From Mobula hypostoma (Eukaryota), in assembly GCF_963921235.1 (NCBI RefSeq), contig NC_086097.1, positions 108,068,001 through 108,132,000 of the forward strand: DNA of 64,000 nucleotides, given 5' to 3'. Both the position numbers and the translations under genes were made by a program. Below, piece by piece: positions 11,977 through 25,038 of the stretch. The notes below the pieces were generated by a model that was not told where the DNA came from, searched no databases, and saw nothing but the letters and a program-made list of their open reading frames with translations. Positions within the stretch are counted from its first letter, which is position 1. Each line of letters opens with the position of its first letter.

Positions 11977-12055
11977 CAAGAGTTCCCAATCTGGGGTCCA
12001 CGGACTCCTTGTTTAAGAGTATTGGCCCATGGCATGAAAAAGGTTGAGAACCCTG
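11977..12055. mobile_element. ~80-bp hAT-like MITE, inverted sister of 11012-11090
   Basis: Termini caagagttcccaa and ggttgagaaccctg; internal sequence is the reverse complement of the first copy. Confidence 0.55.
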
Positions 12056-12129
12056 CCATAGAAGGGAAAATGTTGTAACTGAGATGTGGAACACAGCTGT
12101 TACACAGTATTTTTTATTGTTAAAATTCA

Positions 12130-12728
12130 TACCAAAAAGGCAAAACAGCGCCTTTATTTCCTGCGGAGATCAAGAAAGCTCATCTCTGTCCTAGGATACT
12201 GACAGACTTTTACCGCTGTACCATTGAGAGCATACTCACCAACTGCATCTCAGTGTGGTATGGCAATTGTCCTGTATCGGACCGCAAAGCACTCCAGCGT
12301 GTGGTAAAAACTACCAGCAGATTATTGGCACCCAATTGCCCACCATTGAGAACATCTACCATGAACACTGCCTGGGCAGAATGAAAAGCATTATCAAGGA
12401 TGCATCTCACTCAAACCATGGACTTTTTACTCTCCTCCCATCCAGTAGGCACTACAGGAGCCTCCGCTCCCGCACCAGCAGGTACAGGAAGAGCTTCTTC
12501 CCTGAGGTTGTGACCCTGCTGAACCTCACATCACTGCGTTAAGCAGTATTGCTCCCATATTGTACTGTCTCAGTACTTTGATATTTGTGTGCTGTAGCAC
12601 TTACTTTTTATTCACAGTTATTTTGTAAATAACACTATTCTTTGCATTTCTGGTTAGATGCTAACTGCATTTCATTGGCTTTGTATCTGTACTTGGCACA
12701 ATGGCAATAAAGTTGAATCTAATCTAAT
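12130..12728 (+). mobile_element. Rex1/Babar LINE 3' fragment
   Basis: KQRLYFLR...FYRCTIESILTNCISVWYG and LLPS.RHYRSLR.RTSR..KSFFP, then AATAAA and an (AATCT)n tail. Confidence 0.85.
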
Positions 12729-12871
12729 ATTGAGGAAAGAAAATCCCAAGTTAAGATTCAAGATTCAAAGATTCAAAAAACTTTATTGTCATTCTAACCG
12801 TACATCGGCTCTGCAGGGCAGAATGAGACAGCGTTCCTCAGGAGCAGTGCAATCATAACATAACAAATGCA

Positions 12872-14740
12872 TTGAAACCAAATGCGCAAAGCATATTTAA
12901 CTATCGGGTTAGAGACCTGCTTAAGACGTTTCGAATCAAAAGGGAGAGAGGAGCCTAAAATAGAACCCAGTGTATAACCCTGAACCGATTGTAATTCCAA
13001 TGCTACCCATTTAGGAATAGATAGTATGTCCTGGTCAAGTAACCAAAATTTCATATGTCGAATATTAATAGCCCAATAATAGAATCTAAAGTTAGGTAAT
13101 GCTAAACCTCCATCTCTCTTAGCTTTCTGTAAATGTATTTTACCCAGTCTCGGATTCTTATTCTGCCAAATAAGTGAAGAAATTTTAGAGTCAACTTTAT
13201 CAAAAAAAGATTTAGGAACGAAAATTGGTAATGCCTGAAACACATATAAAAATTTTGGCAAAAAAAACATCTTAACCGCATTAATACGACCAATCAAAGT
13301 TAAATATAAAGGAAACCATTTAGATGAAAGTTGAGTAATATGGTCTATTAATGGTAAAAAGTTAGTCTTAAATAAATCTTTGTATTTACAAGTAATTTTA
13401 ATCCCAAGATATGAAAAGTAATTATTAATCAATTTAAATGGAAATTTATAATATAAGGGAAGATGTTTATTAATCGGAAAAAGTTCACTCTTACTAAGAT
13501 TTAATTTATAACCTGAGAAAAGACCAAATTGTGCTAATAACTCTAAAACAGCAGGAATAGATCTCTCAGGATTAGAGATATATAAAAGTAAATCATCAGC
13601 ATAGAGTGATAATTTATGGGACTTTAATCCCCGAGTTATCCCAGTAATATTTGAAGATTCTCGAATAGCAATTGCAAGAGGTTCTAATGCAATATCAAAT
13701 AATAGGGGACTAAGAGGACAGCCTTGTCGAGTACCACGAAAGAGAGGAAAAAAAGGTGAGTTTAAAGAGTTAGTGCGAACCGAGGCTACAGGGGAGTGAT
13801 ATAACAGTTTAATCCAGGATATAAATCTCAAGCTAAAATTAAACATTTCAAGCACCTTAAATAAATAAGGCCATTCTACTCTATCAAAAGCTTTCTCGGC
13901 ATCTAAAGAAATAACACACTCAGGAACATTTTGTGAGGGAGTATAAACGATATTTAACAATGTACGAATATTATAAAAAGAGTAACGACCTTTAATAAAA
14001 CCCGTTTGGTCCTCCGAAATAATAGAAGGAAGTACTTTTTCTAGTCTATTTGCTAATAACTTAGAAAAAACTTTAGAATCAACATTTAATAAAGATATTG
14101 GTCTATAAGATGCACATTGAGCAGGGTCTTTATCCTTCTTTAGTATTAGAGAAATTGATGCTCTATTAAAAGATTCAGGAAGTTTACCAAGTTTCAAAGA
14201 AGCCTCAAAAACCCTACCGAGCCAAGGAATCAATAAAGAAGCAAAACATTTATAAAATTCAACGGTAAACCCATCAGGGTCAGGAGCTTTCCCCAGATTC
14301 ATAGAAAAAATAACATTCTTAATCTCATCCATTGTAATGGAAGTATCTAATAAGGAAGACATATCCTGTGAAATCTGAGGGAAGTCTAACTTATCTAAAA
14401 AATCATTCATATATTTAGAATCTCGAGGAGACTCTGATTGATATAAAGAAGAATAAAAATCACAAAAGGTTTGATTAATCCCCACATGATCCAGTATCAA
14501 TCGATCATTTTGGTTATAAATCTGATTGATTTGAGATTTAACATAATTAGATTTCAATTGATTAGCCAGCAGCTTGCCAATTTTGTCACTGTGAACATAA
14601 AAGTCACTTCTTGTTTTCTTTAATTGGTTTACAATCGAGGACGAGAGTAGTAAACTGTGTTCCATTTGAAGTTCAGTTCTTTGTTTATATAACTCCTCAG
14701 AAGGAGCCATAACATATTTCTTATCAATTTCTTTAATCAA
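12872..14740 (-). CDS. L1 ORF2 reverse transcriptase region (inverted segment, uninterrupted frame)
   Basis: KAPDPDGF, SYRPISLLNVDSK, SLDAEKAFDRVEW, GTRQGCPLSPLLF, YADD and YLGI motifs. Homology ends at WFQ (12872). Confidence 0.9.
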
Positions 14741-14745
14741 TTTCT

Positions 14746-15705
14746 TTTCAATTCAGAAAATTTTTTGATCTTAATCAATTCGGGTTAGCGATTCCTATTT
14801 TAGGTAACATATTTTTTCCTCCCTCTTTTACGGATCGCGCTTTTCAAACTTGGAAGACTAAGGGTATTTTACGGTTTTTGGATTTATTTTTAGATGGTTC
14901 CCTTATGTCTTTTGAACAATTATCTAATAAATATAACTTATCAAGAATACATTTTTTTAGATATTTACAAGTTAGAAATTTCCTAAGTACTATACTTTCT
15001 TCCTTTCCAATGCTTCCTCCTACATATATTTTAGATTCGATAATTAACCTTAATCCATGTCAGAAAGGTGCATCGGCTATGATTTATAATATTATTATGA
15101 AACTTAGGAAAGCTCCATTTGATAAGATTAGGGTAGATTGGGAACAGGAATTGGGGCTTACCATTTCTGTGGATGATTGGGGGCAGATTTTACAATTAGT
15201 TAATACTTCCTCTATTTGTGCTAAACATTCCCTAATTCAATTTAAAGTGGTTCATAGAGCACATATGTCCAAAGATAAGTTAGCGCGTTTTTACTCGCAT
15301 ATTAATCCTTTCTGTGATAGATGTTCGGGGCAGATAGCCTCTTTAACTCATATGTTTTGGTCTTGCCCTGCTTTGGAAACTTTTTGGAGAGATATTTTCA
15401 ATATTATTTCTAAGGTATTAAATATAGATATCTCTCCTCACCCTATTACTGCTATCTTTGGACTACCTAAAATTTCTAGTAATCTTTCCCCTTCAGCCCG
15501 TAGAATGATTGCATTTCTTACTTTAATGGCGAAAAGATGTATTTTACAACATTGGAAAGAGCTTAATGCTCCAACTACCTTTTTTTGGTTTTCTCAGACG
15601 ATTTTATGTTTGAATTTGGAGAAAATTAGAAGTAACCTTTATGATTCTTCATTTAAATTTGAACAGATTTGGGGACCTTTTATTCGATATTTTCATTTAA
15701 TGTAA
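14746..15705 (+). CDS. L1 ORF2 C-terminal region with CCHC zinc knuckle
   Basis: The frame resumes at FQFRKFF, includes CDRCSGQIASLTHMFWSC, and stops at 15705. Confidence 0.9.
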   Translation, partial: FQFRKFFDLNQFGLAIPILGNIFFPPSFTDRAFQTWKTKGILRFLDLFLDGSLMSFEQLSNKYNLSRIHFFRYLQVRNFLSTILSSFPMLPPTYILDSIINLNPCQKGASAMIYNIIMKLRKAPFDKIRVDWEQELGLTISVDDWGQILQLVNTSSICAKHSLIQFKVVHRAHMSKDKLARFYSHINPFCDRCSGQIASLTHMFWSCPALETFWRDIFNIISKVLNIDISPHPITAIFGLPKISSNLSPSARRMIAFLTLMAKRCILQHWKELNAPTTFFWFSQTILCLNLEKIRSNLYDSSFKFEQIWGPFIRYFHLM

Positions 15706-17449
15706 TATTTACCCTTCTTGTTTTTTTTTCACTGTTTTTAATGGAGGTCGGGATTGAGGACGTGATTTTAAGTTTAACTCTGTTTGGTTTCAAGTTAGCC
15801 CATTGCTTTGCTTTGCTTTTAGTTAGCTGCACGGTGGGTTTTTTTTGGGGTTTTTTTTTTTCTTTTTTTTCCATTGATATATATAAAATTTAGTATACTA
15901 TTATGTTATCTTGGTTTCTTATGTTTAAATTACATTGTTTGTAGTAATTTCTTTTTGGTATTGATATCTTTTGGAATTTTATTATACTTTAACATTGTAT
16001 TAATGTTTATATGGCTTACCTTTTTTGTATACTTACTCAATAAAAAGATTTAAAAAGAAAGAAAAGACAAATGCAACACTAAATAATAAACATAACAGTA
16101 AATAGTAAAACACAACAGCCACATGCCAGTTAAATCAGTTATAAGTGTCCAATGCAAGTTAGAAGTGTCCAAAGCAGAGTCAGGTGGAGCAGCTATTTAG
16201 CAGTCTGACTGCCTGTGGGAGGAAGTTGTTTAGTAGCCTTGTGGTTTTAGTTTTGATGCTCCTGTAACGTTTGCCTGATGGCAGAAGAACAAACAGTTCA
16301 TGGAGAGGGTGTGAGGGGTCTAATGATGTACCGTGTCTTCTGGAGGCATCGACTCTGAAAGAGGTCTTGGACAGAAGGTAGGGAGACCCCAATAACCTTC
16401 TCTGCTCCCCTAACCACCCTCTGCAAGGCTTTTTTGTCGACAGCACTGCAGCTGGAGTACCAGGTTGTGATGCAAAAGGTCAGCACACTCTCAACCACAC
16501 CTCTGTAGAATGTAGTTAAGATGTTAGTGGGGAGTGATGCTTGTTTAAGCTTCCTCAGAAAATGCAATCTCTGCTGGGCCCATTTCACAATCCCAGTGGT
16601 GTTCCTGGACCAGGTGAGATTGTCTGAGATCTGCACCCCAAGGAACTTGATGTTTTCCACTCTCTCCACTGTGGAGCCGCTGATGCTGAGGGGTGTGTGC
16701 TCAGGCTGAGACCGTCTGAAATCGACGATCATCTCCTTGGTTTTGGTGACATTAAGCATCAAGTTGTTATCCCTGCACCAGCTCCTAGGTGTTTGACCTC
16801 CTCCCTGTACATAGTTTCATCATTTTTGCTGATGAGCCCCACCACTGTGGTATCATCTGCAAATTTAATGATCAGGTTCTCCTTGAATCTGGCTGCACAG
16901 TCATCTGTTAGCAGTGTAAACAGCAATGGGCTAAGCACACAGCCTTGCGGGGATCCAGTGCTCAGTGTGATGGAGTCAGAGATGTCAGATGTTACTGATA
17001 CCTTGCATCAGAGCTGACCTGTTCCGAAACAAACCAAAGGCTCTGGTGATCAGAATTTGTTGAGTTCAGTATTGAATCCAATGTGCTAATCAAAAGATGA
17101 AGTGCTGCTTAACAAGGTTGTGTTGGACTTTGAACAGTTCAAGTTGTGAAAGACTAAGAAGTCAGAGTGGGAGTACACTGACAGGCAGCTAGAACTTAAG
17201 GTCACTCTGGTGGGTCATTACACAATGAATTGGGTCATTGTCCTCTGTACGGCAAATAGTTTAAAGTGCAGTGCAAGTAGAGCTTGTAGCATAAGCTAAA
17301 ACAAATTCTACTAATGAGAAGGAGAATAATTTCTCCAGGAAAGTGGAATGAGTGAAAATTGGTTGATAACAAATGCTGTACAAAATCATTCAATGTCAGT
17401 TACTGCACTGTGATTGCCAGAAGATTGATAGCAATTAGAGTGGAACTCC

Positions 17450-18200
17450 ATGGCAATGGTGGGAGAAGCCTCACTTTCTGGGGGGAGAAAGGGGGCATCT
17501 CAGTCCTGGAATGGAGTGCATCATCATGGGAACAGATGCAGTGGAGACTGTAGAACTGAGAGAAGACAGTAATGCCATTGCAAGTGACATGGTGGGAAGA
17601 GGTATAGTCAAAGTAACTAGGAGTCAGTAGGTTTCTAAAAGATAATCTGTCTCCAGAGATGGAGACACAGATGTCAAGAACAGGGAGAGAGATGTCGAGA
17701 TGGATCAAGTGAATTTGTGGACGGAGCAGAAGTTGGCGGATTAACGAGTGCCGTACTGGTGTAGGAGGCAGCACCAATATCGTCGTCAATGTAGTGGAGA
17801 AAGAGCTGGGGATTGTTGCCATTGTAGGTTTGGAACATGGATTGTTCTATGTAGCCAGCTGAAAAGGCAGGCATAGATTGGGACCATGTGAGTGCCCATG
17901 GGTTCTCAAGAGAAAATGGGAACAACTGAAAGAAAAGTTGCAGTTCTGTCAGGTGGAGGAGGATGGTGGTGGTGGGGAACTGTTTGGGTCCATTATCAAG
18001 AAAGTGGAGAAACTTGAGACCTTCCTGATGGCGGTGGAAGTGTATAGGGAGTCGATGAAAATGGTGAAAATGAAGTGGTCAGGGCCGGGAGACTGAGTTT
18101 TTTGAAGTGATGGAGTCCATTTGAAGTGTCACGGATGTAGGTGGGGAGGGACTGAATCAAGGGGAAGAATATAGAGCTGAGGTAACAAGGACAGGATTTT
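17450..18200 (-). mobile_element. Penelope-like element RT remnant
   Basis: MGT.M.P.YACLF.GYIEQ, FLHYIDD, PVLDICVSISGDRL and YFDYTSSH motifs. Confidence 0.75.
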
Positions 18201-18949
18201 TTTTTGACACTATCAACAGAAAAAGACTTTTTCGTGTCAAATGTAAAATACAAAATAATTGATTGCGTATGTATTCACTTCCTTCAAGTCAGTAGTTAGT
18301 AGAAGCACCTTTCACAACAATTACAGCCCTGAGTCTGTGTAGGTAGGTCTCTATCAGCTTTGCACATCTGGACACTGCAATTTTTCCCCATTCTTTTTTA
18401 AAAAACTGCTCAAGCTCTGTCAGATTGCATGGGGATCGTGAGTGAACAGCCCTTTTTAAGTCCAGCCACAAATTCTCAATTTGATTGAGGTCTGGACTCT
18501 GACTTGGCCAGGACAAGAACTTTGTTGCTTTTAAGCCATTCCTGTGTTTCAGAGTCTCCCACATGCCTTCTGACAAACTCTAGGCAAGATATCATGTGAA
18601 TGTTTTTTCAACAGTGACCTTTCCTTTGCCAATCTCTTATACAGCTGTGATTGGTGAAGCCACCCGGGCGGCAGTTGTTGTATGCTGTCTCTCCCACTGA
18701 AGCTTGTATCTCCTCCAATGTTGTCATAGGTCTCTTGGTGACTTCCCTTACTAGTCCCCTCCTTGCATGGTCACTCAGTTTTTGACAGCTGTGCCATATT
18801 CTTCCAATTTTTTGATGATTCACTTAACTATACTCCAAGGGATATTCAGTGACTTGAAAATTTTCTTGTATCCCTCTCCGGACTTGTGCTTTTCAATAAT
18901 CTTTTTGTGCAGTTGCTTGAGAGTGTTCTTTGGTTTCTTGGTGTAGCTT

Positions 18950-21015
18950 TTAAGACCATTTGGCCCATCGAGTCTACTCTGCCATTCAATCATGGCTGAT
19001 CCCTTTTTATTCCTCCTCAACCCCGGTTCCTGGCCTTCTCCCTGCACCCTTTGATGCCATGTCCAATCAAGCACCTATCAATCTCTGCCTCAAATGCACC
19101 CAACATCCTGGCCTCCACAGCTGCATGTGGCAACAAATTCCATAAAATTCATCACCCTTTGGCTAAAGAAATTTCTCAACATCTGTTTTGAAAGGGCACC
19201 CATCTATCCTGAGGCTGTGCCCTCTTGTCCTAGACTCTCCCACCATGGGAAACGTCCTTTCCACATCTACTCTGTCTAGGCCTTTCAACATTCGAAAGGT
19301 TTCAATGAGATCCCCCCACTCATCCTTTTGAATTTCAGCGAGTACATTCCCAGAGCTATCAAAGCTTCGTTTCATTCATGGAATCATCCTTGTGAACCTT
19401 CTCTGGACCCTCTCCAATGCCAGCACATCTTTTCTAAGGTGAGGCCTCACCAGTGCCTTATGAAGCCTCAGCATCACATCTTTACTCTTGTATTCTAGAC
19501 CACTTGAACTGAATGATAATATGGCATTTGCCTTCCTCACCACCAGCTCAACCTGCAAGTTAACTTTCATGGTGTTCTGCACAAGGACCCCCAAGTCGCT
19601 CTGCATCTCAGATTCCTGGAATTTCTCCCCGTCTAGAAAATAGTCCGCACGTTTATTTCTACTAACAAAGTGCATGACCATGTATTTTCCAACATTGTAT
19701 TTCATTTGCCACTTTCTTGCTCATTCTCCTAATCTGTCTATGTCCTTCTGCATTCTACCTGTTTCCTCAACACTACTTGCCCCTCCACCAATCTTCGTAT
19801 CATCTGCAAACTTGGCAACAAAGCCATCTATTCCATCATCAAAATCATTTATATACAGCATTAAAAGAAGCGGCCCCAACACCGACCCCTATGGAACACC
19901 ACTAGTCACTGGCAGCCAACCAGAAAAGCATCCTTTTCCATTCTGATATGTCCCATTCTCATTCTGATATGTCTATCCACGGCCTCCTCTACTTTAAAGT
20001 TGAAGCCACACTCAGGTTGGAGGAACAACACCTTATATTCCATCTGGGTAGCCTCCAACCTGATGGCATGAACATTGAGTTCTCTCATTTCCGCTACTGC
20101 CTCACCTCCCTTTTTGTACCCCATCCGTTATTTATTTATATACACATATTTTCTTTCTTTCTTTCTTTCTCTCTCTCTCTCTCTCTCTCTCCTTTTTCTC
20201 CCTCTGGCCGTCTCACTGTACCCCTTGCCCATCCTCTGGGTTCCCCCCCCCTTTTCTTTCTCCCTGGGCCCCCTGTCCCACGATCCTCTCATATCCCTTT
20301 ACCAATCACCTGTCCAGCTCTTGGCTCCATCCCTCCCCCTCCTGTCTTCTCCTATCATTTTGGATCTCCCCCTCCCCCTCCCACTTTCAAATCCCTTACT
20401 AGCTCTTCTTTCAGTTAGTCCTGACGAAGGGTCTCGGCCCAAAACGACGACTGTACCTCTTCTTATAGATGCTGCCTGGCCTGCTGTGTTCACCAGCAAA
20501 TTTTATGTGTGTTGCTTGAAGGATCCTTTCATTCCCACTTGCTGCCTCCTATCAATCAGCCAATGCTCTAACCAGGTTAGTAACTTCCCTGTAATACCAT
20601 GGGCTCTTAACTTGCTAAGCAGCCTCATGTGTCACACCTTCTGGAAGTCCAAATATACAACATCCACTACATCCCCTTTATCTATGTTACTTGTAATCTC
20701 CTCAAAGAATTCCCACCAGTTCGTCAGGCAGGATTTTCCCTGAAGGAAACCATGCTGACTTTGTACTATCTTGTCCTGTGTCACCAAGTACTCCAACACC
20801 TCGTCCTTAACAATTGACTCTAACGTCTTCCTAACCACTGAGGTCAGGCTAACTGGTCCACAATTTCCTTTCAGCTGCCTTTCTCCTTTCTTAAAAATTT
20901 TCAGTTTTCTAGTCCTCTGGCACCATGCCAGAGTCCAATGATTTTTGGAAGATCATTTCTAATGCCACCACAATCTCTAACACTATCTCTTTCAGAGCCC
21001 TAGGGCGCAGTTCAT
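18950..21015 (-). mobile_element. CR1 LINE, RT plus 3' UTR, decayed
   Basis: SQHGFLQGKSCLTN, DVVYLDFQK, KFADD and LERVQRRFTRMIP motifs. Confidence 0.9.
19938..20518 (+). mobile_element. Penelope 3' fragment (GIY-YIG C-terminus plus pLTR) nested in CR1
   Basis: SHSHSDMSIHGLLY...RLEEQHLIFHLGSLQPDGMNIEFS, with a mutated hammerhead at 20417-20452. Confidence 0.85.
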
Positions 21016-21019
21016 CTGG

Positions 21020-21780
21020 ACCATTACCTAGAGGCTCACACCTTCCGGTCCCCTGGGTCACAGACTGACCATTGTCTTGAGATTATAACTGTCGCGTTCC
21101 CTAGGTCACTGAGTGACCATTACCTTGAGATGCTTGCTGTCTGGACCCCTGGGTCACAGACTGGCAATTACCTTGAGACGCACACTGTCCGGTTCCCTGG
21201 GTCACAGACTGAATATTGTCTTGAGATGCACACTGATCGGTTCCCTGGGTCACAGACTGAATATTGTCTTGAGATGCACACTGTCCGGTTCCCTGGGTCA
21301 CAGATGGAATATTGTCTTGAGTTGCATACTGTACGGTCCACTGGGTCTCAGACTGACAATTGCCTTGAGACACACACTTTCCAGTTCCCTGGATCACTGA
21401 CTGACCATTGCCTTGAGACACACACCGTTCGGTCCTGTGGATCACAGACTGACCATTGCCTTGAGATGCAGACTGTTCTGTCCCTTGGGACACAGACTGA
21501 TCATTGTCTTGAGACATACACTGTCCGGTTCCCTAGGTCACAGACTGGCCAATACCTTGAGACACACTCTGTCTGGTCCCATGGATCACAAACAGACCAT
21601 TGCCTTGTGATATACTCTTTCTGGTCCCCTGGATCACTGACTGACCATTATCTCGAGACGCACACTGTCCAGTCCCCTGGGTCACAGACTGACCATTACT
21701 GGGAGACGGATACTGTCTGGTCCCCTGGGTCGCAGATTGACCATTACCTTGTGATCTATACTGCCCTGATCCCTGGATCC
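21020..21780. repeat. 48-bp minisatellite, ~16 diverged units
   Basis: Unit is approximately ccctgggtcacagactgaccattgtcttgagatgcacactgtccggtt, head to tail with no spacers. Confidence 0.9.
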
Positions 21781-21809
21781 CATCCCATCCCATAGACGAT
21801 GAGTGACAT

Positions 21810-22315
21810 GTAACAACTATTCAAGTCATTGGCAAAGTCTCACTTAGAGAGTTTTGTGTGCAGTTCTAATTGCTAATCTATAGGAAGGACATGATTAAGC
21901 TGTAAAGAGTGTAGAGGAGAATGACGAGTATGTTACTGTTGGGTTTTGTGTTATATGGATAGACTAGGACAGTTTGCCCTGTACATAAAATAATAGGGTG
22001 TAGATGGGGGTTGATGGTCACAGTCATTTTCCCTGGGTAGGGGAATCTCAGAGCCGAGGGCAGACATTTAAAAGGGACCGAAGGTGCATTTTTTCACATG
22101 GAAGGTGATGGTTATAAATTTCATGCAGTCTGAGGAGGCTGCAAACACAAATAAAATTACAAAGTTGAGAAGATTTGTGCTGGAGAAAGGATAGAAGTCG
22201 TCTATGAGGGAAGTTTGGGAAAGCTGCAGGGAAATGGGGCAAGCTCAAAGACCTTCAGATCAGCATGAATTAGTTGGGCCAAAGGCCCTGTTACCAGGCT
22301 GTAATGTACTGGTTT
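21810..22315 (+). mobile_element. Old CR1 3' fragment
   Basis: Degenerate coding remnants of RPHLEYCVQFW and LERVQRR, followed by 3' UTR. Confidence 0.6.
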
Positions 22316-22624
22316 ATTCCACCAAGAATCACATAGTTAATCACAATCACAATGCCCACAGAGACAGAGATTGTTGGTCAATGGTTAGACCATAAGATAT
22401 AGGAGCAGAATTTTTACAGTCATCCCCACTCCCCTGCCTTCTCCCCATACCCTTTGATGCCCTGGCTAATCAAGAACTTATCTATCTCTGTCAATGACTT
22501 GGCCTCCACAGCCACTCCTGGCAACAAATTCCACAGATTTACCACCCTCTGACTAAAGTAATTTCTCCGCATCTCTGTTCTAAATGGATGTCCTTCAATC
22601 CTGAAGTTTTGTCCTCCTTGTCCT

Positions 22625-23419
22625 TGTTACAAACCCACAGGTTTCGTTTACTGAGGCTGTTTCTTTAAGAGCGCCTGAGTGAGGTGAGACTATGATGTCA
22701 GTCACAGGCTGAAGGAGTTTGCTTCAGACTTTTACACGGACAGAGAGGGAGAGACTTTCAGTCATGGGAGAGGGAGAGGAAGAGGGAGAACGAACGAGAA
22801 CCAGCTGTCGGGATTTCGGCTGGTCACTGCGATGGTTTGGGACTCTTTTAAGCCCAAAAGATTGGGTTAAACATCAGCACACAATGCACAACGAATGTGT
22901 GACTGTCACTTTATATAATCCATAGGAGTGGATTTTGGGATATCTTGTGGGACCACTTGTGTAGCCCTTGCCTGGGTATGTTGTGTGGTAACCACTGGAA
23001 GACGATATTCCTGTGACAGGTCACTTTTGGTGATAATTAGTACGTGGATTTGGAACATCATGGCGGACCAGATCTACGGCGACTGTTGTCTCGTTTTACC
23101 AGCGTGGAACCTGTGGAATACTTTGTACTTGCCTTTCCTCTGTTTCACCCTGGATTACAAATATCTCTCTCCCATCATTTATTCCGTGGATTATTGAACT
23201 TTCCTACTTTACCATCTTAAGACTTCAAGCCTTATTCCCCAAAGCTCGGTAGTTTGGGAGTTATATTTATACACATATATGCACATAACACTGTTAACTT
23301 TTGTTTATCTTGGTTTGAGTTACTATATTATAAGTAGATGCTAATAAAAAGTGTTTTTATCGTTAAAACCTGACTCAGTGTGAAATCTCTTGCTGCTACT
23401 TTGTTTCTAAAAGATTACA
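22625..23419 (+). mobile_element. Solo LTR (795 bp)
   Basis: TGTTAC...ATTACA termini. 5-bp TSD GTCCT at 22620-22624 and 23420-23424 interrupts a CR1. AATAAA near 23343. Confidence 0.85.
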
Positions 23420-24117
23420 GTCCTAGACTCCCCTACCATGGGAAATAACTTCACCATATTTAAACTGTTCAGGCCTTTTAACATTTGGAATGATTCTATG
23501 AGATCCCTCCTCATTCTCCTGAACTCCAGGGAATGTAATTTCCCTCCAGGGAGCTGTAATTTCCTCAAAAAAAATTGCAGGAAACCATGCTGGCTTTGAC
23601 CTATCTTGCCATCTGCCTCCAGGTACACTGTAATCTCATCCCTAACAATCGATTCCAACAACTTTCCAACCACTGATGTCAGGCTAACAGGTCTATAGTT
23701 TCCTTTCTGCTGCTTCCCACCCTTCTTAAATAGCGGAATAATATTTGCAATTTTCCAGTCATCCGGTACAATGCCAGAATCTATCGACTCTTGAAAGATC
23801 ATTATTAAAGCTTCTGCAATCTCTCCAGCTACTTCTTTCAGAACCTGAGGGTGCATTCCATCAGGTCCAGGAGATTTATCCACCTTCAGACCATTAAGCT
23901 TCCTGAGCACCTTCTCAGTCGTGATTTTCACTGCACATACTTCACTTCCCTGACACTCTTGAATGTCTGGTATACTGCAGATGTCTTCCACTGTGAAGAC
24001 TGATGCAAAACACGCATTCAGTTCACCTGCCGTCACTGCGTCTCTCATTACAATATCTCCAGCATCATTTTCTATTCGTCCTATATCTACCCTCTACTCT
24101 TTTACCCTTTATATACC

Positions 24118-24482
24118 CTTTCGAATGTTGAAAGGCATGGACAGAGTGGATGTGGCAAAGTTGTTTCCCATGATGGGGGAGTTTAGTACAAGAGGGCATG
24201 ACTTAAGGATTGAAGGACGCCCATTCAGAACAGAAATGCGAAAACATTTTTTTAGCCAGAGGGTGGTGAATCTATGGAATTTGTTGCCACGGGCAGCAGT
24301 GGAGGCCAAGTCATTATTTAAGGCAGAGATTGATAGGTATCTGAGTAGCCAGGGCATCAAAGGTTATGGTGAAAAGTTGGGGGAGTGGGACTAAATGGAA
24401 GAATGGATCAGCTCATGATAAAATGGCAGAGCAGACTCGATGGGCCGAATGGCTGACTTCTGCTCCTTTGTCTTATGGTCTT
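24118..24482 (+). mobile_element. CR1 3' fragment nested antisense inside another CR1
   Basis: FRMLKGMDRVDV..LFP..STRGH..FFSQRVVNLWN, with a tcttatggtctt tail. Confidence 0.85.
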
Positions 24483-25038
24483 AAAAGCTTTTAGTATCTT
24501 CTTTAATATTAGTTGCCAGCTTCCTTTGATAATTCATCTTTTCCTTCCTAATGACCTTCTTAGTTTCCTTCTGCAAGTTTTTAAAAGCTTCCCAATCCTC
24601 TATCTTGCCACTGGCTTTGACTTCCTTGTATGCCCTCTCTTTTGCTTTTACTTTGGCTCTGTCTTTACTTGTTAGCCATGGTAGTGTCCTTCCATTCAAA
24701 AATATCTTCTTATTTGGAATATATCTGTCTTGCACTTCCCTCATTTTTCGCAGAAACTACAGCCATTGCTGCTTAACTGCCCTTCCTGTAAATGTTCCTT
24801 TCCAGTCAACCTTGGCCAGTTCCCCTCTCATGCCATTGTAATTTTCTTTATTCCATTGTAATTTTCTTTATTCCACTGAAATACCAGCACATTGGAATTT
24901 AGTTTCTCCTTCTCAAATTTCAAAGTGAACTTGATCATATTGTAAACATGAGGAATTCTGCGGATGCTGAAAATTCAAGCAACCCACATCGTTGCTAGTG
25001 AACGCAGCAGGCCAGGCAGCATCTATAGGAAGAGGTAC

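Larger units (their letters stand above)
12872..16066 (+). mobile_element. Young 5'-truncated L1-clade LINE with a 5' inversion
   Basis: Inverted RT segment at 12872-14745 and sense segment at 14746-16066 with T-rich 3' UTR, AATAAA and an AAAG tail. TSD ACAAATGCA at 12863-12871 and 16067-16075. Confidence 0.92.
12753..16985 (-). mobile_element. Rex1/Babar LINE (RT C-terminus at 16180-16985) with its 3' UTR split by an L1 insertion
   Basis: GSPQGCVLSPLLF, LNVTKTKEMIVDFRR, KFLGVQISDNLTWS and QQRLHFLRKL. The 3' tail (tgaatct)n lies at 12753-12775 and the UTR resumes at 16076. Confidence 0.85.

Noticed and set aside
12794..14740. Independent 648-aa minus-strand gene divergent from a 275-aa plus-strand gene
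   Set aside because: Both are halves of one L1 ORF2 rearranged by inversion, and the last ~25 aa are read-through into flanking Rex1.
20075..20743. 222-aa Pro/Leu/Ser-rich ORF, and similar ORFs at 24913-25439 and 52109-52475
   Set aside because: They are translations of pyrimidine-rich Penelope pLTR sequence.
21020..21780. CRISPR-like appearance of the repeat arrays here and at 59176-59700
   Set aside because: Units are contiguous with no unique spacers, there are no cas genes, and the context is eukaryotic.
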